57,385 nucleotides of DNA from Thermoleophilia bacterium. Its GTDB lineage: Bacteria; Actinomycetota; Thermoleophilia; Gaiellales; SKUG01. The notes under the pieces were generated by a model. It did not search any database. It was not told where the DNA came from and saw nothing but the letters and a program-made list of their open reading frames with translations. Numbering within the stretch: position 1 is the stretch's first letter; each line of letters opens with the position of its first letter. The stretch covers positions 1 through 57,385 of the forward strand of contig JBDHZF010000002.1 of assembly GCA_039811765.1 (NCBI GenBank). Direction: 5' to 3'. Positions 7,561 to 17,358 of the stretch are shown here, in pieces. The position numbers and the translations under genes are program-made.

Positions 7561-9107
7561 GTGACCTCACCTCCTTCCGCGCTCCCGGCTCCAAACCGTT
7601 CGACGAGCGTGGCCGCAAGCCTGCCCAGCCCCGACGAGTTGGACGCTTTTACGAGCACTGCGTCACCCGCGCGATGCCATTCGCCGAGCGCGGCGATCGC
7701 GACGTCAACGTCGTCGTATCGACGGGCTGCATTTCCACGACCGCGCAACCATCCATCGGCGAGCGCGTCAGCGTCGGCGCCAACGCCGATCACGACCAAC
7801 TCGTCCAACGCTCCATGACCGGCCGCGTGCTCGCCGACCTGCTCGTGCAATTCGCGGGACGCGGCGCCCAGCTCGGCCATTCGCCCCAAGACGGCAACGC
7901 GCCGATCGCCGCTCGTCGCCGACAGCTCGTCGATCGCCGCGCGCATGCTTTCCGGATTCGCGTTGTAGGACGCGTCGATGACGAGGCCTCCCGCCGCCAT
8001 GTCGTGACGATCACCGCGGCCGCGCGTGAACGCGTCGCGCTCTTCGCCACCGATCACCAGCGCGTCGCTTGGCAGCAGGTCAGCCGAGCCGGTCAACGCG
8101 ACGAGCACGGCGGCGGCAGCGGCGAGGTTGCGAGCGTGATGCAGGCCATGCAGCGGCACGTCGAATTCGAGTTCGCGACCAAGCAGGTCGATCGTGCCGC
8201 GAATGCCGTCGTCGCCGCGTTCGAGCGACGTGACGAGCACCGCGGAATCGTCCGCCTCCGATTCGCCCACCCCGAACGGCAGCAACCGATCGGGCACTCG
8301 AGCCGCCGCTTCGACCAACGCGGGTTGCACGGCGGGGAAGACGCCCACGCCCCCGGCCCAGGTGCCGGCGAGCAGTTCGGCTTTGGCGGCGACGATCGCT
8401 TCGACGCTGCCGAGCAGCTCGAGATGCGCCGTTCCGGCGGTGGTGACGATGCCGATGTCGGGGTCGGCAACCTCGCACAACCATGCGACTTGCCCGGGAC
8501 CGCGCATGCCCATCTCGCAGATCACGACATCCGTGGCCGCGCCGGCGGAAAGCAACGTCACTGGAACGCCGATCTCGTTGTTCCAGTTCGCATGGCTTGC
8601 GACGACGCGCATCCCGGCGCGCCGCAGCAGCGCAGCAAGCAGGTCCTTGGTGCCGGTCTTGCCGCTCGAACCGGTGATCCCCACCACGCGCCACGAGGAC
8701 CGTCGTCGCCACGCGCGCGCGAGTCGACCGAGCGCAGTGACGCTATCGCAGTCGGTGGCGACCAGCACTGGCCCGAGCTGCGCGGCCTCGCCGAGCAGCT
8801 CCGCCCACCTGTCGTCGTCGAGCTCGAGATCGGTGCCGGCGAGCACCGCCGCGGCGCCGTTCGCGAACGCCTGCGCCGCGTGCTCGATGCCGTGCGAGCG
8901 CGTGCCCTGGAGCGCCACGAACAGGTCGCCGTCGCGCACGCTGCGCGTGTCGAACGCCACCCCGGCATCGCCCCCGCCATGCGGCCCGATGCGGGTGTCC
9001 GCCAACTGCTGGTCGCCACTGATTGGCCCGTATGCGGCAAGGCTCAATGCCTCGACGATGTCGAGCAGCGACCATCGCGGGTCGAAGTCGTGCGCTGGAT
9101 CGGTCAT
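7557..9107 (-). CDS. murF: UDP-MurNAc-tripeptide--D-Ala-D-Ala ligase MurF
   Basis: P-loop GITGSSGKTGTKDLL and Mur ligase middle and C-terminal domains. Start placed at ATG 9107 (MTDPAHDF...). The ORF is open to 9242, but those codons overlap murE. Confidence 0.85.
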   Translation of the reverse strand: MTDPAHDFDPRWSLLDIVEALSLAAYGPISGDQQLADTRIGPHGGGDAGVAFDTRSVRDGDLFVALQGTRSHGIEHAAQAFANGAAAVLAGTDLELDDDRWAELLGEAAQLGPVLVATDCDSVTALGRLARAWRRRSSWRVVGITGSSGKTGTKDLLAALLRRAGMRVVASHANWNNEIGVPVTLLSAGAATDVVICEMGMRGPGQVAWLCEVADPDIGIVTTAGTAHLELLGSVEAIVAAKAELLAGTWAGGVGVFPAVQPALVEAAARVPDRLLPFGVGESEADDSAVLVTSLERGDDGIRGTIDLLGRELEFDVPLHGLHHARNLAAAAAVLVALTGSADLLPSDALVIGGEERDAFTRGRGDRHDMAAGGLVIDASYNANPESMRAAIDELSATSGDRRVAVLGRMAELGAASRELHEQVGEHAAGHGALDELVVIGVGADADALADGWLRGRGNAARRYDDVDVAIAALGEWHRAGDAVLVKASNSSGLGRLAATLVERFGAGSAEGGEVT

Positions 9108-9117
9108 CGTGGGCCGC

Positions 9118-10614
9118 TCAGGCGACGCCGGCGCCGACGGCTTCCAACGCTTCGCGCACGACCGAGACATCGTCGAACGGCACTGTTTCGGCGGCGAACG
9201 TCTGGCCTTGTTCGTGCCCTTTGCCCGCCACGACCACGACATCGCCGGTGCCAGCCTCGCTGATCGCGCGCTGGATCGCGGCGCGACGATCCACCTCGTC
9301 GAGCACGTCCGCGCCGCCGCGCATGCCGCGCTTGATTTCGGCGATGATCGCAGCTGGATCCTCGCTTCGTGGGTTGTCGCTCGTCACGATCGCGAGATCG
9401 GCCGCGTTGCTCGCCGCGCGCCCCATGAGCGGTCGCTTGCTGCGATCGCGATCGCCGCCGCAACCGAACACCACGATCAGGTTGCGATCGCAGATCTGTC
9501 GAGCCGCGTCGAGCACCTGCTCCAGCGAATCGGGCGTGTGCGCGTAGTCGACGAGCACGGTGAAATCTTGGCCCGCTTCCACCGGCTCGAATCGTCCACG
9601 CACGCCGGGGACGGTGTCCAGTCCAGCCTGCACGTCCTCGGGCGTGAGCCCCGCGAGCAGCGCCATCGTGGTGGCGGTGAGCACGTTCTCCACGTTGAAG
9701 CGGCCGCGCAGTCGGGACTTGAGGTGGAAATCGCCGACGGGGCTCTCCACCTTGATCGACGCGCCATCCGGCAACAAGGCATAGCTGGCGCTCACGCTCG
9801 CGCGCGCCATCTCGCGCAGTGTCCACCCCCACACCGGCACGTCTTCGCGCTCGGCGTGGACGAGTTCGTCGAACAGGCGACTACCCCATTCGTCGTCGCA
9901 ATTGATCGCGGCGGGAAAGTGCTGCCCCTCGGGTCCCGGCGTGACGAACAGCAACCGCTTCGCTTGGTAGTACGCCTCGAAGCTCTTGTGGTAGTCGAGG
10001 TGATCGCGCGTGAGGTTCGTGAACCCGATCGCGGCGTATCGAACGTTCGCTGCGCGGCCCTGATCGAGCGCGTGCGAACTCACCTCGATCGCGGCGGAGT
10101 CATCGCCGGCGTCGACCATGTCGCGCAACAGTCGATGCAAGTCGAGTGCCTCGGGCGTAGTGAAGTTCGTCTCGATGTCCTTGCCACCGACGACCACTCC
10201 AGTCGTGCCGACGAGCCCGCTCGTTCGCCCGGCCGCAGCGAGCATCGCGCGCAGCAGATAGGTGGTCGTGGTCTTTCCGTTCGTGCCGGTTACGCCGAAC
10301 ACGCCGATGCGCTTGGAGGGTTCGCCGAAGAATCGATCCGCGATCGGACCCATCGCCGCACGCGTGGACGGCACCACGACCTGGGGCGCGTCGACATCCG
10401 CGAGCTCGCGCTCCACGACGAGCGCTACGGCACCCGCCGCGACCGCGTCGGCTGCGAAGTCGTGCCCGTCGCGCGTCGTGCCCGGCACGCAGAAGAACAG
10501 CGCGCCGGGTTCGATGCAGCGCGTGTCGAGCGCGAGACTGGCGATTTCGACGTCCGCGCCGTCTTGCAGCACGGTGCCTTCAACGGTTGCGATGATCTCG
10601 GAAAGCTGGCTCAC
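9118..10614 (-). CDS. murE: UDP-MurNAc-L-Ala-D-Glu--2,6-diaminopimelate ligase MurE
   Basis: 498 aa with GVTGTNGKTTTTYLL, DNPRSEDP and the Mur ligase domain order. Confidence 0.92.
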   Translation of the reverse strand: MSQLSEIIATVEGTVLQDGADVEIASLALDTRCIEPGALFFCVPGTTRDGHDFAADAVAAGAVALVVERELADVDAPQVVVPSTRAAMGPIADRFFGEPSKRIGVFGVTGTNGKTTTTYLLRAMLAAAGRTSGLVGTTGVVVGGKDIETNFTTPEALDLHRLLRDMVDAGDDSAAIEVSSHALDQGRAANVRYAAIGFTNLTRDHLDYHKSFEAYYQAKRLLFVTPGPEGQHFPAAINCDDEWGSRLFDELVHAEREDVPVWGWTLREMARASVSASYALLPDGASIKVESPVGDFHLKSRLRGRFNVENVLTATTMALLAGLTPEDVQAGLDTVPGVRGRFEPVEAGQDFTVLVDYAHTPDSLEQVLDAARQICDRNLIVVFGCGGDRDRSKRPLMGRAASNAADLAIVTSDNPRSEDPAAIIAEIKRGMRGGADVLDEVDRRAAIQRAISEAGTGDVVVVAGKGHEQGQTFAAETVPFDDVSVVREALEAVGAGVA

Positions 10615-10664
10615 GGTGCGGAAATCCTACCGCTTGCAGCGGACTCCGCGCGTCAGTGCCGACC

Positions 10665-11789
10665 TCATCCGGGCCGCGCTGCGCGCGACGCGCCGTTCCC
10701 ACCGATGCGTCGCACCAGCGGACGCTCCACCTTCAGGTGCACCAGCCAGCTCACCGTCAAGCATCCGGCGAGCAACGCCGCGACTGCCCACAGCCGGTCG
10801 GGCCGCACGATGCCCAGCTCCCATCCGAGCGAGATGAACGGCACGTGCAGCATCAACATCGCGAACGCCACGCGCCCCGGACGCTCCAGCTTCGACCATG
10901 CGAACAGCCGCACGAGCGGACCGCCCCGCGCAGTCAGCGAGATCGCGAGCAGCGCCATCGGCGGGATGTACCACGAGCCGAAGTAGAACTCGCGCCCGTG
11001 CTCGCCGAACGTCGCGACGTGCGCGCTCCACAGCACCGCGACCACCGCCAACGGCTGCAACACCCACCCCGCTCGTGCACTCGGACGCCCCCACCGTACG
11101 ATCCAGCATCCGATCGCCACGCCCACGAGCACGTCCGCGAGACGAACGATCGGGCACACGTGCATCAACCACACCGCCAGCGGCTGGTCACGAAACGCGA
11201 TCGCCGCGCCGAGCACGACAAGCCACGGCACCACGCCCAGCGCGATCACCGATGCCCGGGAACGCCACCGCCGATGCAGCAGCAGCGCCACCACGGGGAA
11301 CACAGCGTAGGCGAGCAGCAGCGACGAGAGCGTCCACGTCGGACCGTCAAAACGCAGCGACACGCCGTGCTCGCCCCCACCCACCGGAAGCCACGACTGC
11401 ACCAGCAGCGCGTTCGCCACGAACGCCGCCCATAACTCGGCGCCAGTCATGATCTTCGCCATCAGCTCGTACGGGATCGCGATGATCGCGCCCAATAGTC
11501 CGAGCGGCGCGACCGCAGCCCATCGCCGCCGCAAGTATCGTCCCCAGCCTTCAAGCGTCGCGTCGTGAACGAGCTTTTCGCCGTACGCCCAGTACAAGCC
11601 GATCCCGCCGAGGATGAAAAAGCCGCTCGTCGCCGCCTGCCCCTGCCGCAGGATTCCGAAGTCCGAAGCCACGAGCGGATTTCCCTCGCACAGCCAACGA
11701 ATCAAGTGATGGCACACGATCCAAGCCGCGAGCGCCACGCGAACCCCGGTCAGCGCGGGAATCGGCGCGCGCCCACGCGGGCGCGCCAT
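10665..11789 (-). CDS. integral-membrane acyltransferase (acyltransferase_3 family-like)
   Basis: Multi-TM protein with N-terminal ALTGVRVALAAWIVCHHL, typical of acyltransferase_3. Start uncertain: ATG 11789 is preferred and the ORF is open to 11990. Confidence 0.65.
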   Translation of the reverse strand: MARPRGRAPIPALTGVRVALAAWIVCHHLIRWLCEGNPLVASDFGILRQGQAATSGFFILGGIGLYWAYGEKLVHDATLEGWGRYLRRRWAAVAPLGLLGAIIAIPYELMAKIMTGAELWAAFVANALLVQSWLPVGGGEHGVSLRFDGPTWTLSSLLLAYAVFPVVALLLHRRWRSRASVIALGVVPWLVVLGAAIAFRDQPLAVWLMHVCPIVRLADVLVGVAIGCWIVRWGRPSARAGWVLQPLAVVAVLWSAHVATFGEHGREFYFGSWYIPPMALLAISLTARGGPLVRLFAWSKLERPGRVAFAMLMLHVPFISLGWELGIVRPDRLWAVAALLAGCLTVSWLVHLKVERPLVRRIGGNGASRAARPG

Positions 11790-12031
11790 CGCTTCTGGAA
11801 CCTCCTCGATCAGAAGGTTCGGATCTCCGCTCGCGCTCGCCGCCTCGGGTCGGATAACGAGACGCGAACCGTCGCCCGCTCGTGTCCGCGTGTGGATGGT
11901 CCTTGTCATCGGTCGCGAATGGTGACACATCCTGCCGCGCGACGGCGAACGAGCAGCTTCACCTGAAGAACGACAAAGGGCGCCGACCACATGGTCGACG
12001 CCCCTCGTGCTGAATCACCGAAGCGACTGGA

Positions 12032-12319
12032 TCACTTCTTGGTGTTCACGACTTCCTTGAGCTTGCTGCCCGGCGTGAAGCGCGGGACGCGAGCTGCGGC
12101 GATCGTCATCTTCTCCTTGGTGCGCGGGTTCACGCCCTGGCGTGCCGCGCGCTCCGAGACGGAGAACTTGCCGAAGCCCGTGATGTTCACGTCGCTGCCG
12201 GCCTTGAGCTCACCCTCGATCGCCCACAGCACGGCCTCCACGGCCTCGCCTGCGTCCTTCTTGGACAGGTCGGCGCGCTCGGCAACCTTGTCGATGAGGC
12301 CAGTCTTGGTCAGACCCAT
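12032..12319 (-). CDS. hup: nucleoid-associated DNA-binding protein HU
   Basis: 95 aa: MGLTKTGLIDKVAE...GFGKFSVSERAARQGVNPRTKEKMTIAAARVPRFTPGSKLKE. The longer 446-aa ORF in the track is an artefactual extension. Confidence 0.9.
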   Translation of the reverse strand: MGLTKTGLIDKVAERADLSKKDAGEAVEAVLWAIEGELKAGSDVNITGFGKFSVSERAARQGVNPRTKEKMTIAAARVPRFTPGSKLKEVVNTKK

Positions 12320-12463
12320 TGCCACTTCTCCTTTTGCTCGTTCGTGATGCCGGACGAGGACGGATTCCCCTTTCCGACGCCGACATCCTGCACAGCCCGT
12401 TCCAGCGATTTCAACCTGCCAATGCGGGTTGGAGCCGGTTCGGTCAGGGGAAGGAAAGCACAT

Positions 12464-13411
12464 ATGGACGACGCACCCATCGATGAAGACGGCCATCCGA
12501 GCAACCTCGAGGACATGGCTGCCCCCGGCGAAGAGCCTGCATTCACCAGTGAAATACCAGTTTCGAACCTTGCTGGGGAAATGGCCTCCGATCGCGCGGA
12601 GATCCTCGCGACTCGCCCTGTTCACGAGTTCGTTGCAGAGGCGCGAATCCGCGTTCCCACGCGCGGCAACCGCGTGCTCGAACAAGTGATCCAGCGCGTC
12701 AACGCCGACGACGAGCTGCGCACGTGGTGGCACATCGGCAACCTCAATGCCGTCACCCGCATGGGCATGAACGACCACTCCTGGGTGCACATGCAGGTGG
12801 TGACGAACATCGGGCTGAAGCTGCTGCGACTGCTGGCGCGCGCAGGCGTGCGCCCCGCGATGGTCACCGATTATGGCCTGACGCAGAAGGAAGCCGAGGT
12901 CGTGGTGGTGCTCGGCTGCCTGCTGCACGACGTGGGCATGAGCGTGCACCGAATCGGCCACGAGGAGTTCAGCCTGTTCTTGGCCGACCGCAAGGCGCAT
13001 CAGCTGCTCGACGGACTGTACGACGAGATCACCACCACGGTCGTGGTGAGCGAGGCGCTCCAGTCGATCATCTCCCATCGCAGCGAAGGACGCCCGCTCG
13101 CGATCGAAGCCGGAGTCGTGCGCGTCGCGGATTCGCTCGACATGACCCATGGCCGATCGCGGATTCCCTTCGAGCAGGGGTCGCTGTCGATCCATGCGCT
13201 TAGCGCCGCGGCCGTGGATCGCGTCCGCCTCACGCCAGGCCGCGAACGCGCGATCGCCGTGGAGATCGAGATGAACAACTCGTCTGGCGTGTTCCAAGTG
13301 GACGAGCTGCTGCGCAAGAAGCTGAAGGGCTCCGGGCTCGAGCAGCACGTCGAGATCCAAGTGAGCGTTCACGAGAACGAGAAACGCCTGCTCGACCGCT
13401 TCACGCTCTGA
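12464..13411 (+). CDS. HD-domain metal-dependent phosphohydrolase
   Basis: ATG 12464 preceded by GGGGAAGGAAAG. HD motif GCLLHDVGMSVHRIGHEEF and a later DSLD motif. High GC3. Confidence 0.8.
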   Translation: MDDAPIDEDGHPSNLEDMAAPGEEPAFTSEIPVSNLAGEMASDRAEILATRPVHEFVAEARIRVPTRGNRVLEQVIQRVNADDELRTWWHIGNLNAVTRMGMNDHSWVHMQVVTNIGLKLLRLLARAGVRPAMVTDYGLTQKEAEVVVVLGCLLHDVGMSVHRIGHEEFSLFLADRKAHQLLDGLYDEITTTVVVSEALQSIISHRSEGRPLAIEAGVVRVADSLDMTHGRSRIPFEQGSLSIHALSAAAVDRVRLTPGRERAIAVEIEMNNSSGVFQVDELLRKKLKGSGLEQHVEIQVSVHENEKRLLDRFTL

Positions 13412-13661
13412 TCCCCTCCCCCAGCTTGGTCATCCAGCGTCACGAAAAACGACACGCTCGAGGACGAACCTTGGGAAAAGGGGCTGGGAACGGGTGTTTC
13501 ATCGAATTGCGGCCATGACGTAGGCCGCCGCGGCCTGCAACTGGCCGCTTTCGCGCTTCGATGTTCCGGGTGAAGCATCAGAGCGTGCCCTTCGGCGGCC
13601 GACGCGTTCCGCGCATCGACCACGCCGTCGTCCGGCCCGCACGACCAAGGAGGACGAGGAC

Positions 13662-13949
13662 ATGAGCTTCCTCGACTACCTGGACGAGCATCGGGGCGAG
13701 TACATCGACCACCGAGCGTCCAAACCGCTCCACCAGGGCGTGCCTGCCCAGGAGGCGGAAGACCTGCTCGCCGACGCCGGATTCGCCAGGTCCGTCGAAG
13801 GCGGCGGAGCATCGACGCGCTCGCGCAAGCGTCGCCCCCGGTACCAGTCGCCGGGGATCCGCTTCCGCCACATCCGTCCAGCGTTCGCGCCATCCCCCTA
13901 CTCCGATCCGTTGCCCTACGAAGAACCATGGGAGCGCGCCTTCCGATGA
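13662..13949 (+). CDS. small hypothetical protein (95 aa)
   Basis: Strong RBS AAGGAGGA 7 nt before the ATG. Its stop overlaps the next start (ATGA at 13946-13949). No recognisable domain. Confidence 0.6.
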   Translation: MSFLDYLDEHRGEYIDHRASKPLHQGVPAQEAEDLLADAGFARSVEGGGASTRSRKRRPRYQSPGIRFRHIRPAFAPSPYSDPLPYEEPWERAFR

Positions 13950-14584
13950 CGACCATGCCTCGACTTCGCCGCCGCGTGCGGCTCGCCGATCCGATCCGTC
14001 GATCCGCGGCGGCCACCTCGACCACGCCCCTGCTCCGGCGGTTCCAGGACAACGCCGATCGCGCCGCGGATGCCGCCGATTCCAGTGACGAGAGCTTGCA
14101 GCGTTACGACCGGCTGCTCGCCGAGGAAGCGGACCTGTGTGCGGTTCCACCCGACCTGCTGCGAGCGATCTGTTGGTACGCGAGCGGCTGGCGCCAGTTC
14201 GAGCCGTCCGGCCGCACGCTAGCGACCCCGGACGCCCACGGCACGCGCTGGGGCTGCATGCAGCTGTCCGACCACTGGCACCCCGACGCGTTCCCCGCGG
14301 CGACGAGCGACTCGCGCGCCAACATCCGGTACGCCGGCAACCTGCTCAACTGGCTGCACGAGCAGACGGGATCGTGGCAACGCGCAACCGTTGCGTTCTT
14401 CGGTCACGATGCTCGAGCCGAGCAGGCGGCGCGACGCGTGCAACGGTATCGCGAGCTGCGCCCGTGGCTGTCGCGGCTTCCGCAAGCCCCGTCGCCGCAG
14501 GTACCGGATCGCGAGGAGCCGACCGCATCGCAGCCGCAGTCGCTCGACGGTTACGACGACCTGTACGCGGAGCTCGCGCTCTGA
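13946..14584 (+). CDS. SLT (family 1 lytic transglycosylase)-like protein; catalytic Glu apparently replaced
   Basis: LLRAICWYASGWRQF ... WGCMQLSD ... ANIRYAGNLLNWL aligns with the SLT motifs ES / GLMQ / N-x-x-x-G-x-x-Y-L, but it carries AS where ES is expected. Translationally coupled to 13662-13949. Confidence 0.6.
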   Translation: MTTMPRLRRRVRLADPIRRSAAATSTTPLLRRFQDNADRAADAADSSDESLQRYDRLLAEEADLCAVPPDLLRAICWYASGWRQFEPSGRTLATPDAHGTRWGCMQLSDHWHPDAFPAATSDSRANIRYAGNLLNWLHEQTGSWQRATVAFFGHDARAEQAARRVQRYRELRPWLSRLPQAPSPQVPDREEPTASQPQSLDGYDDLYAELAL

Positions 14585-14608
14585 GCGCAAGACGCCGCCC
14601 GTGCCACG

Positions 14609-15268
14609 CTACCGCGGCTCGTGACCGCTCAGCAGGAACGCGTCGATCGCCTTTGCGTGCTTGCCCGCGCCGCCGCCGTTGACGAGCGCGACCACGCCCG
14701 AACCGTCGTCGTGCCGATACGCCGCCAGTCGCTGCGTGCTGCGGCCGTGATCGGATTTCCACGTGAAGGTATAGTCGAGGTAACGGATCCCGTCTGCGCC
14801 GGGTCGCATCTTCGCGTCGACCTTCTCGAATCCGCGGTACTTGCTCGGCAGCTCGTCGTCGAGCCGCCCTTCGAACGCCGCGAGCTGCGGGAGCGAACTC
14901 GCGCCCGACCCGGTGTACGCCAAGAACGTGACCTTCACGTCGCCCTTGCAATCGCCACCGCTCGAGCCACCTGGACACACGCCACTGACCACGCTCGACA
15001 GTCGCTTCGCCGCCGCGTCTTGCTCGGCCGCCGCCGCGCTCGCGCCCAAGCGTCCCCATGCAGCCGGCAGCTCAAATTGCACGCCGCCCGCGATCAGCTC
15101 CTCGGGTGGCGCCGCGAGATGCACTTCGTGCGCTCCGCCCTTGCCGGGCAGTCGATCGGCCAGCTTCGCTGCGGTGTCGCTCTTCAGCAGGATCGGCGAA
15201 GAGAAGGACGCCGCGACGAGCGTGACGAGCGCGGTCGCGCGAGCAGATGCAAGAAGGTCGATGGCCAC
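14609..15268 (-). CDS. secreted hypothetical protein, last gene of the minus-strand surface operon
   Basis: GTG 15268 gives VAIDLLASARATALVTLVAASFSS, which looks like a signal peptide. The ORF is open to 15385. High GC3. No known domain recognised. Confidence 0.55.
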   Translation of the reverse strand: MAIDLLASARATALVTLVAASFSSPILLKSDTAAKLADRLPGKGGAHEVHLAAPPEELIAGGVQFELPAAWGRLGASAAAAEQDAAAKRLSSVVSGVCPGGSSGGDCKGDVKVTFLAYTGSGASSLPQLAAFEGRLDDELPSKYRGFEKVDAKMRPGADGIRYLDYTFTWKSDHGRSTQRLAAYRHDDGSGVVALVNGGGAGKHAKAIDAFLLSGHEPR

Positions 15269-15402
15269 AGGCGAGTGTCTGTTCTGTGCAGGCGAGCACG
15301 CCAGTCGGCTCCCTCCACCCGAACCCCATCGGCAGTTTGTTGCAGATTGTTGAGTACGATATGGGAAATTGGTGAAGACGGTCAAACGCTCGAATATCGA
15401 GG

Positions 15403-16560
15403 TCAGTATGACGACGAATCGTCGTCATCGTCCGCTCGCGCTTCGGCGGCGTCCACGCGTGCAAGCAACTCGCGATACCGCCGCTTCGACCGACGTCGCA
15501 GCCACACTGGAATCGCGATCGCCAACACGAGCGCAAGCAGGTACCACCATGATGGGATCACCCAAATCGGATCGAGTTGCTGCGTGTGCGTGCGACCACG
15601 AGCATCGGTCACGACGATCGTCGGCCGGAAGCGACCCACGAACGGGATGTCCTTCGACCATGTCGCCTCGAACGACCGCGCCGAATCGCGCATCACTAGC
15701 CGCTTGGGAACGTCGAGCGTCGTCACCTCGCGTCCACCGAGCGTGCTCGTGATCTCCACCGATCCGCCGGGTTCGTCCGACACGGATCCGGTGTTGCGCC
15801 ACTTCCAACGAATCGGGGCGATGCCCGCACTGCGCACGCGCTCGAGCACCGGAATCTTCCCAAGGTCGAATCCGTCCCACCACACCACGCGAGGCGAGCG
15901 AACGTCGATGATCTCGCCGCCCTCGGTGATGTCGCCGGGAACATCGAAGAACACCTGCACGACGACGGCCGACGAGACTTGCGCCTGTGTGCCCTTCGTA
16001 TGGGTGACTTCGCCGCCATCGGCCGCGGACACGCCGGCGTACGCGCTGCCGCCCGCCGTGTCGGCAGGAATATCGACTGCGACGTCCATCCAGATGATGT
16101 CGCCATGCTGGAGCGACTCAGTGTGATTCGTGGGCAGCGTGAGCCATGCCCCAGCGCCGTGCTCCGCGTCGTCCAACCCGACCGGAACGGGAGAACCGTC
16201 CATCGACGCGCCGAAATCGCTCGTGTCGAAGCGAAGCGTGATCGGCGCGCCCGTGCGATTCTGGAATCCGATGCAGATCGTGCCGGATTGCCCGGGCGCG
16301 AAATCCGTGGTGAGGCGATCGGGAAGCCCAGCGATTCCGCCAGTGACGTCTGTCTGCTCCGGATGCTGGATGTAGACGCCCGGCGAGCGCTCGACGTACT
16401 TCGTGCTCGTGCCGTCGAGCATCGCGCGGCAAGACGTCGCGTTCGGATCGCTTGCCGCGACCGCCGTCGACGCGCCGCCCACGGAGGAACAGACGATGCA
16501 TAGCGACGCTGCGACGAACGATGTCGCGAGCGACGTGACGAACTTGCGACGGATGCTCAC
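15403..16560 (-). CDS. module B1: signal peptide + two beta-rich domains + C-terminal TM anchor (DUF916/DUF3324-like architecture)
   Basis: 385 aa. N-terminal signal SLATSFVAASLCIVCSSVGGASTAVA. C-terminal IPSWWYLLALVLAIAIPVWLRRRSKRR followed by an acidic tail. Paralogous to 18378-19400 and 20151-21263. Confidence 0.8.
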   Translation of the reverse strand: MSIRRKFVTSLATSFVAASLCIVCSSVGGASTAVAASDPNATSCRAMLDGTSTKYVERSPGVYIQHPEQTDVTGGIAGLPDRLTTDFAPGQSGTICIGFQNRTGAPITLRFDTSDFGASMDGSPVPVGLDDAEHGAGAWLTLPTNHTESLQHGDIIWMDVAVDIPADTAGGSAYAGVSAADGGEVTHTKGTQAQVSSAVVVQVFFDVPGDITEGGEIIDVRSPRVVWWDGFDLGKIPVLERVRSAGIAPIRWKWRNTGSVSDEPGGSVEITSTLGGREVTTLDVPKRLVMRDSARSFEATWSKDIPFVGRFRPTIVVTDARGRTHTQQLDPIWVIPSWWYLLALVLAIAIPVWLRRRSKRRYRELLARVDAAEARADDDDDSSSY

Positions 16561-16599
16561 AGAGCCAACGCTACCCCGGGCACCTGTGCTCGAATCAGA

Positions 16600-17358
16600 T
16601 CAGTTCGCCGTCACGGCATACGTCGTCTGCACGAGGTAACTCGTGCTCGCCGGCTGCGCCGAACCCGGGTTCACGCGATAGTCGACGGTCACGTCGCCGT
16701 CCGTCATGGACGAGGTGGCGCACACGGTCTGCCCGTTCACAATGGCGTCGGTGTTCTGCTGGAGTCCGTGCCGGTTCGAGTTCGCTGCCATGCCGCCGGT
16801 GCAGGTGCCGCCGTTCACGGTGAGGGCGATACCGAACTTGCCGGATGTCGCCGTCTCCCCTTGCCCGAACTGGCCAGCGCCAGTGCCCGGCGCCTCGCCA
16901 GTCGCCACGTCGACGTCCGTGAACTGGGCGGCTGGGCCGGGACACGTCACCGTGGCCGCTGCGTCGCAGAACGAGTTCGCTCCGCTGGCGCGAGTGCTCT
17001 CGACCAGCAGCGTCGCGCCAAGCGCGCTGTTGTTGCTGCCGAACGTGAGGCGACACGTGGCGAGCGATACGTCGCCGTCGGAAGTGGAGAGCGTGGTGCC
17101 CGTGAAGTTCTTCGTCGACGTGCTGCCGGAGACAGGACCACACAATCCCGCATCGTCCAAGTTCACGTGTACTTCTTTGGACACTGTCGCGCCAACCGTG
17201 ACCGATGATGTGGTTGCCGCCGTGGATCGCGGCACGAGCCCGAAGCCAGTGGCGGCGAGCAGTCCCGCGACGATCAACGCAGCCGCCGGCAGCCACATGA
17301 GCAGCCGCGGATCCAAGGGGATGGGCAGTTGTTTCGCGCGTGTCGTGGACATCGGCAT
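16600..17358 (-). CDS. module A1: small secreted Cys-rich beta-type protein
   Basis: 252 aa, RBS GAGG before the ATG, hydrophobic leader LLMWLPAAALIVAGLLAATGFGL. Motif CRLTFGSNNSALGATLLVE is shared with A2 and A3. Has 7 Cys. Confidence 0.8.
   Translation of the reverse strand: MPMSTTRAKQLPIPLDPRLLMWLPAAALIVAGLLAATGFGLVPRSTAATTSSVTVGATVSKEVHVNLDDAGLCGPVSGSTSTKNFTGTTLSTSDGDVSLATCRLTFGSNNSALGATLLVESTRASGANSFCDAAATVTCPGPAAQFTDVDVATGEAPGTGAGQFGQGETATSGKFGIALTVNGGTCTGGMAANSNRHGLQQNTDAIVNGQTVCATSSMTDGDVTVDYRVNPGSAQPASTSYLVQTTYAVTAN

Noticed and set aside
5342-7618. 758-aa minus-strand ORF spanning mraY and the DUF559 region
   Set aside because: It is out of frame with mraY and DUF559 and has an Arg/Gly-rich nonsense-like sequence. 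The real genes account for the DNA.
9108-9242. 45-codon N-terminal extension of murF
   Set aside because: It overlaps the murE 3-prime end. Its sequence (SWSWRAKGTNKARRSPPKQCRS...) is not MurF-like. ATG 9107 gives a normal MurF N-terminus.
8194-10986. 930-aa plus-strand ORF, and similar long ORFs at 44655-46877, 46967-49813, 49170-50600, 55310-57199, 33481-35439 and 14621-16126
   Set aside because: All are antisense to well-supported housekeeping or surface genes, have low-complexity Arg/Ser/Ala/Pro translations, and carry no motifs. They are treated as GC-driven artefacts.
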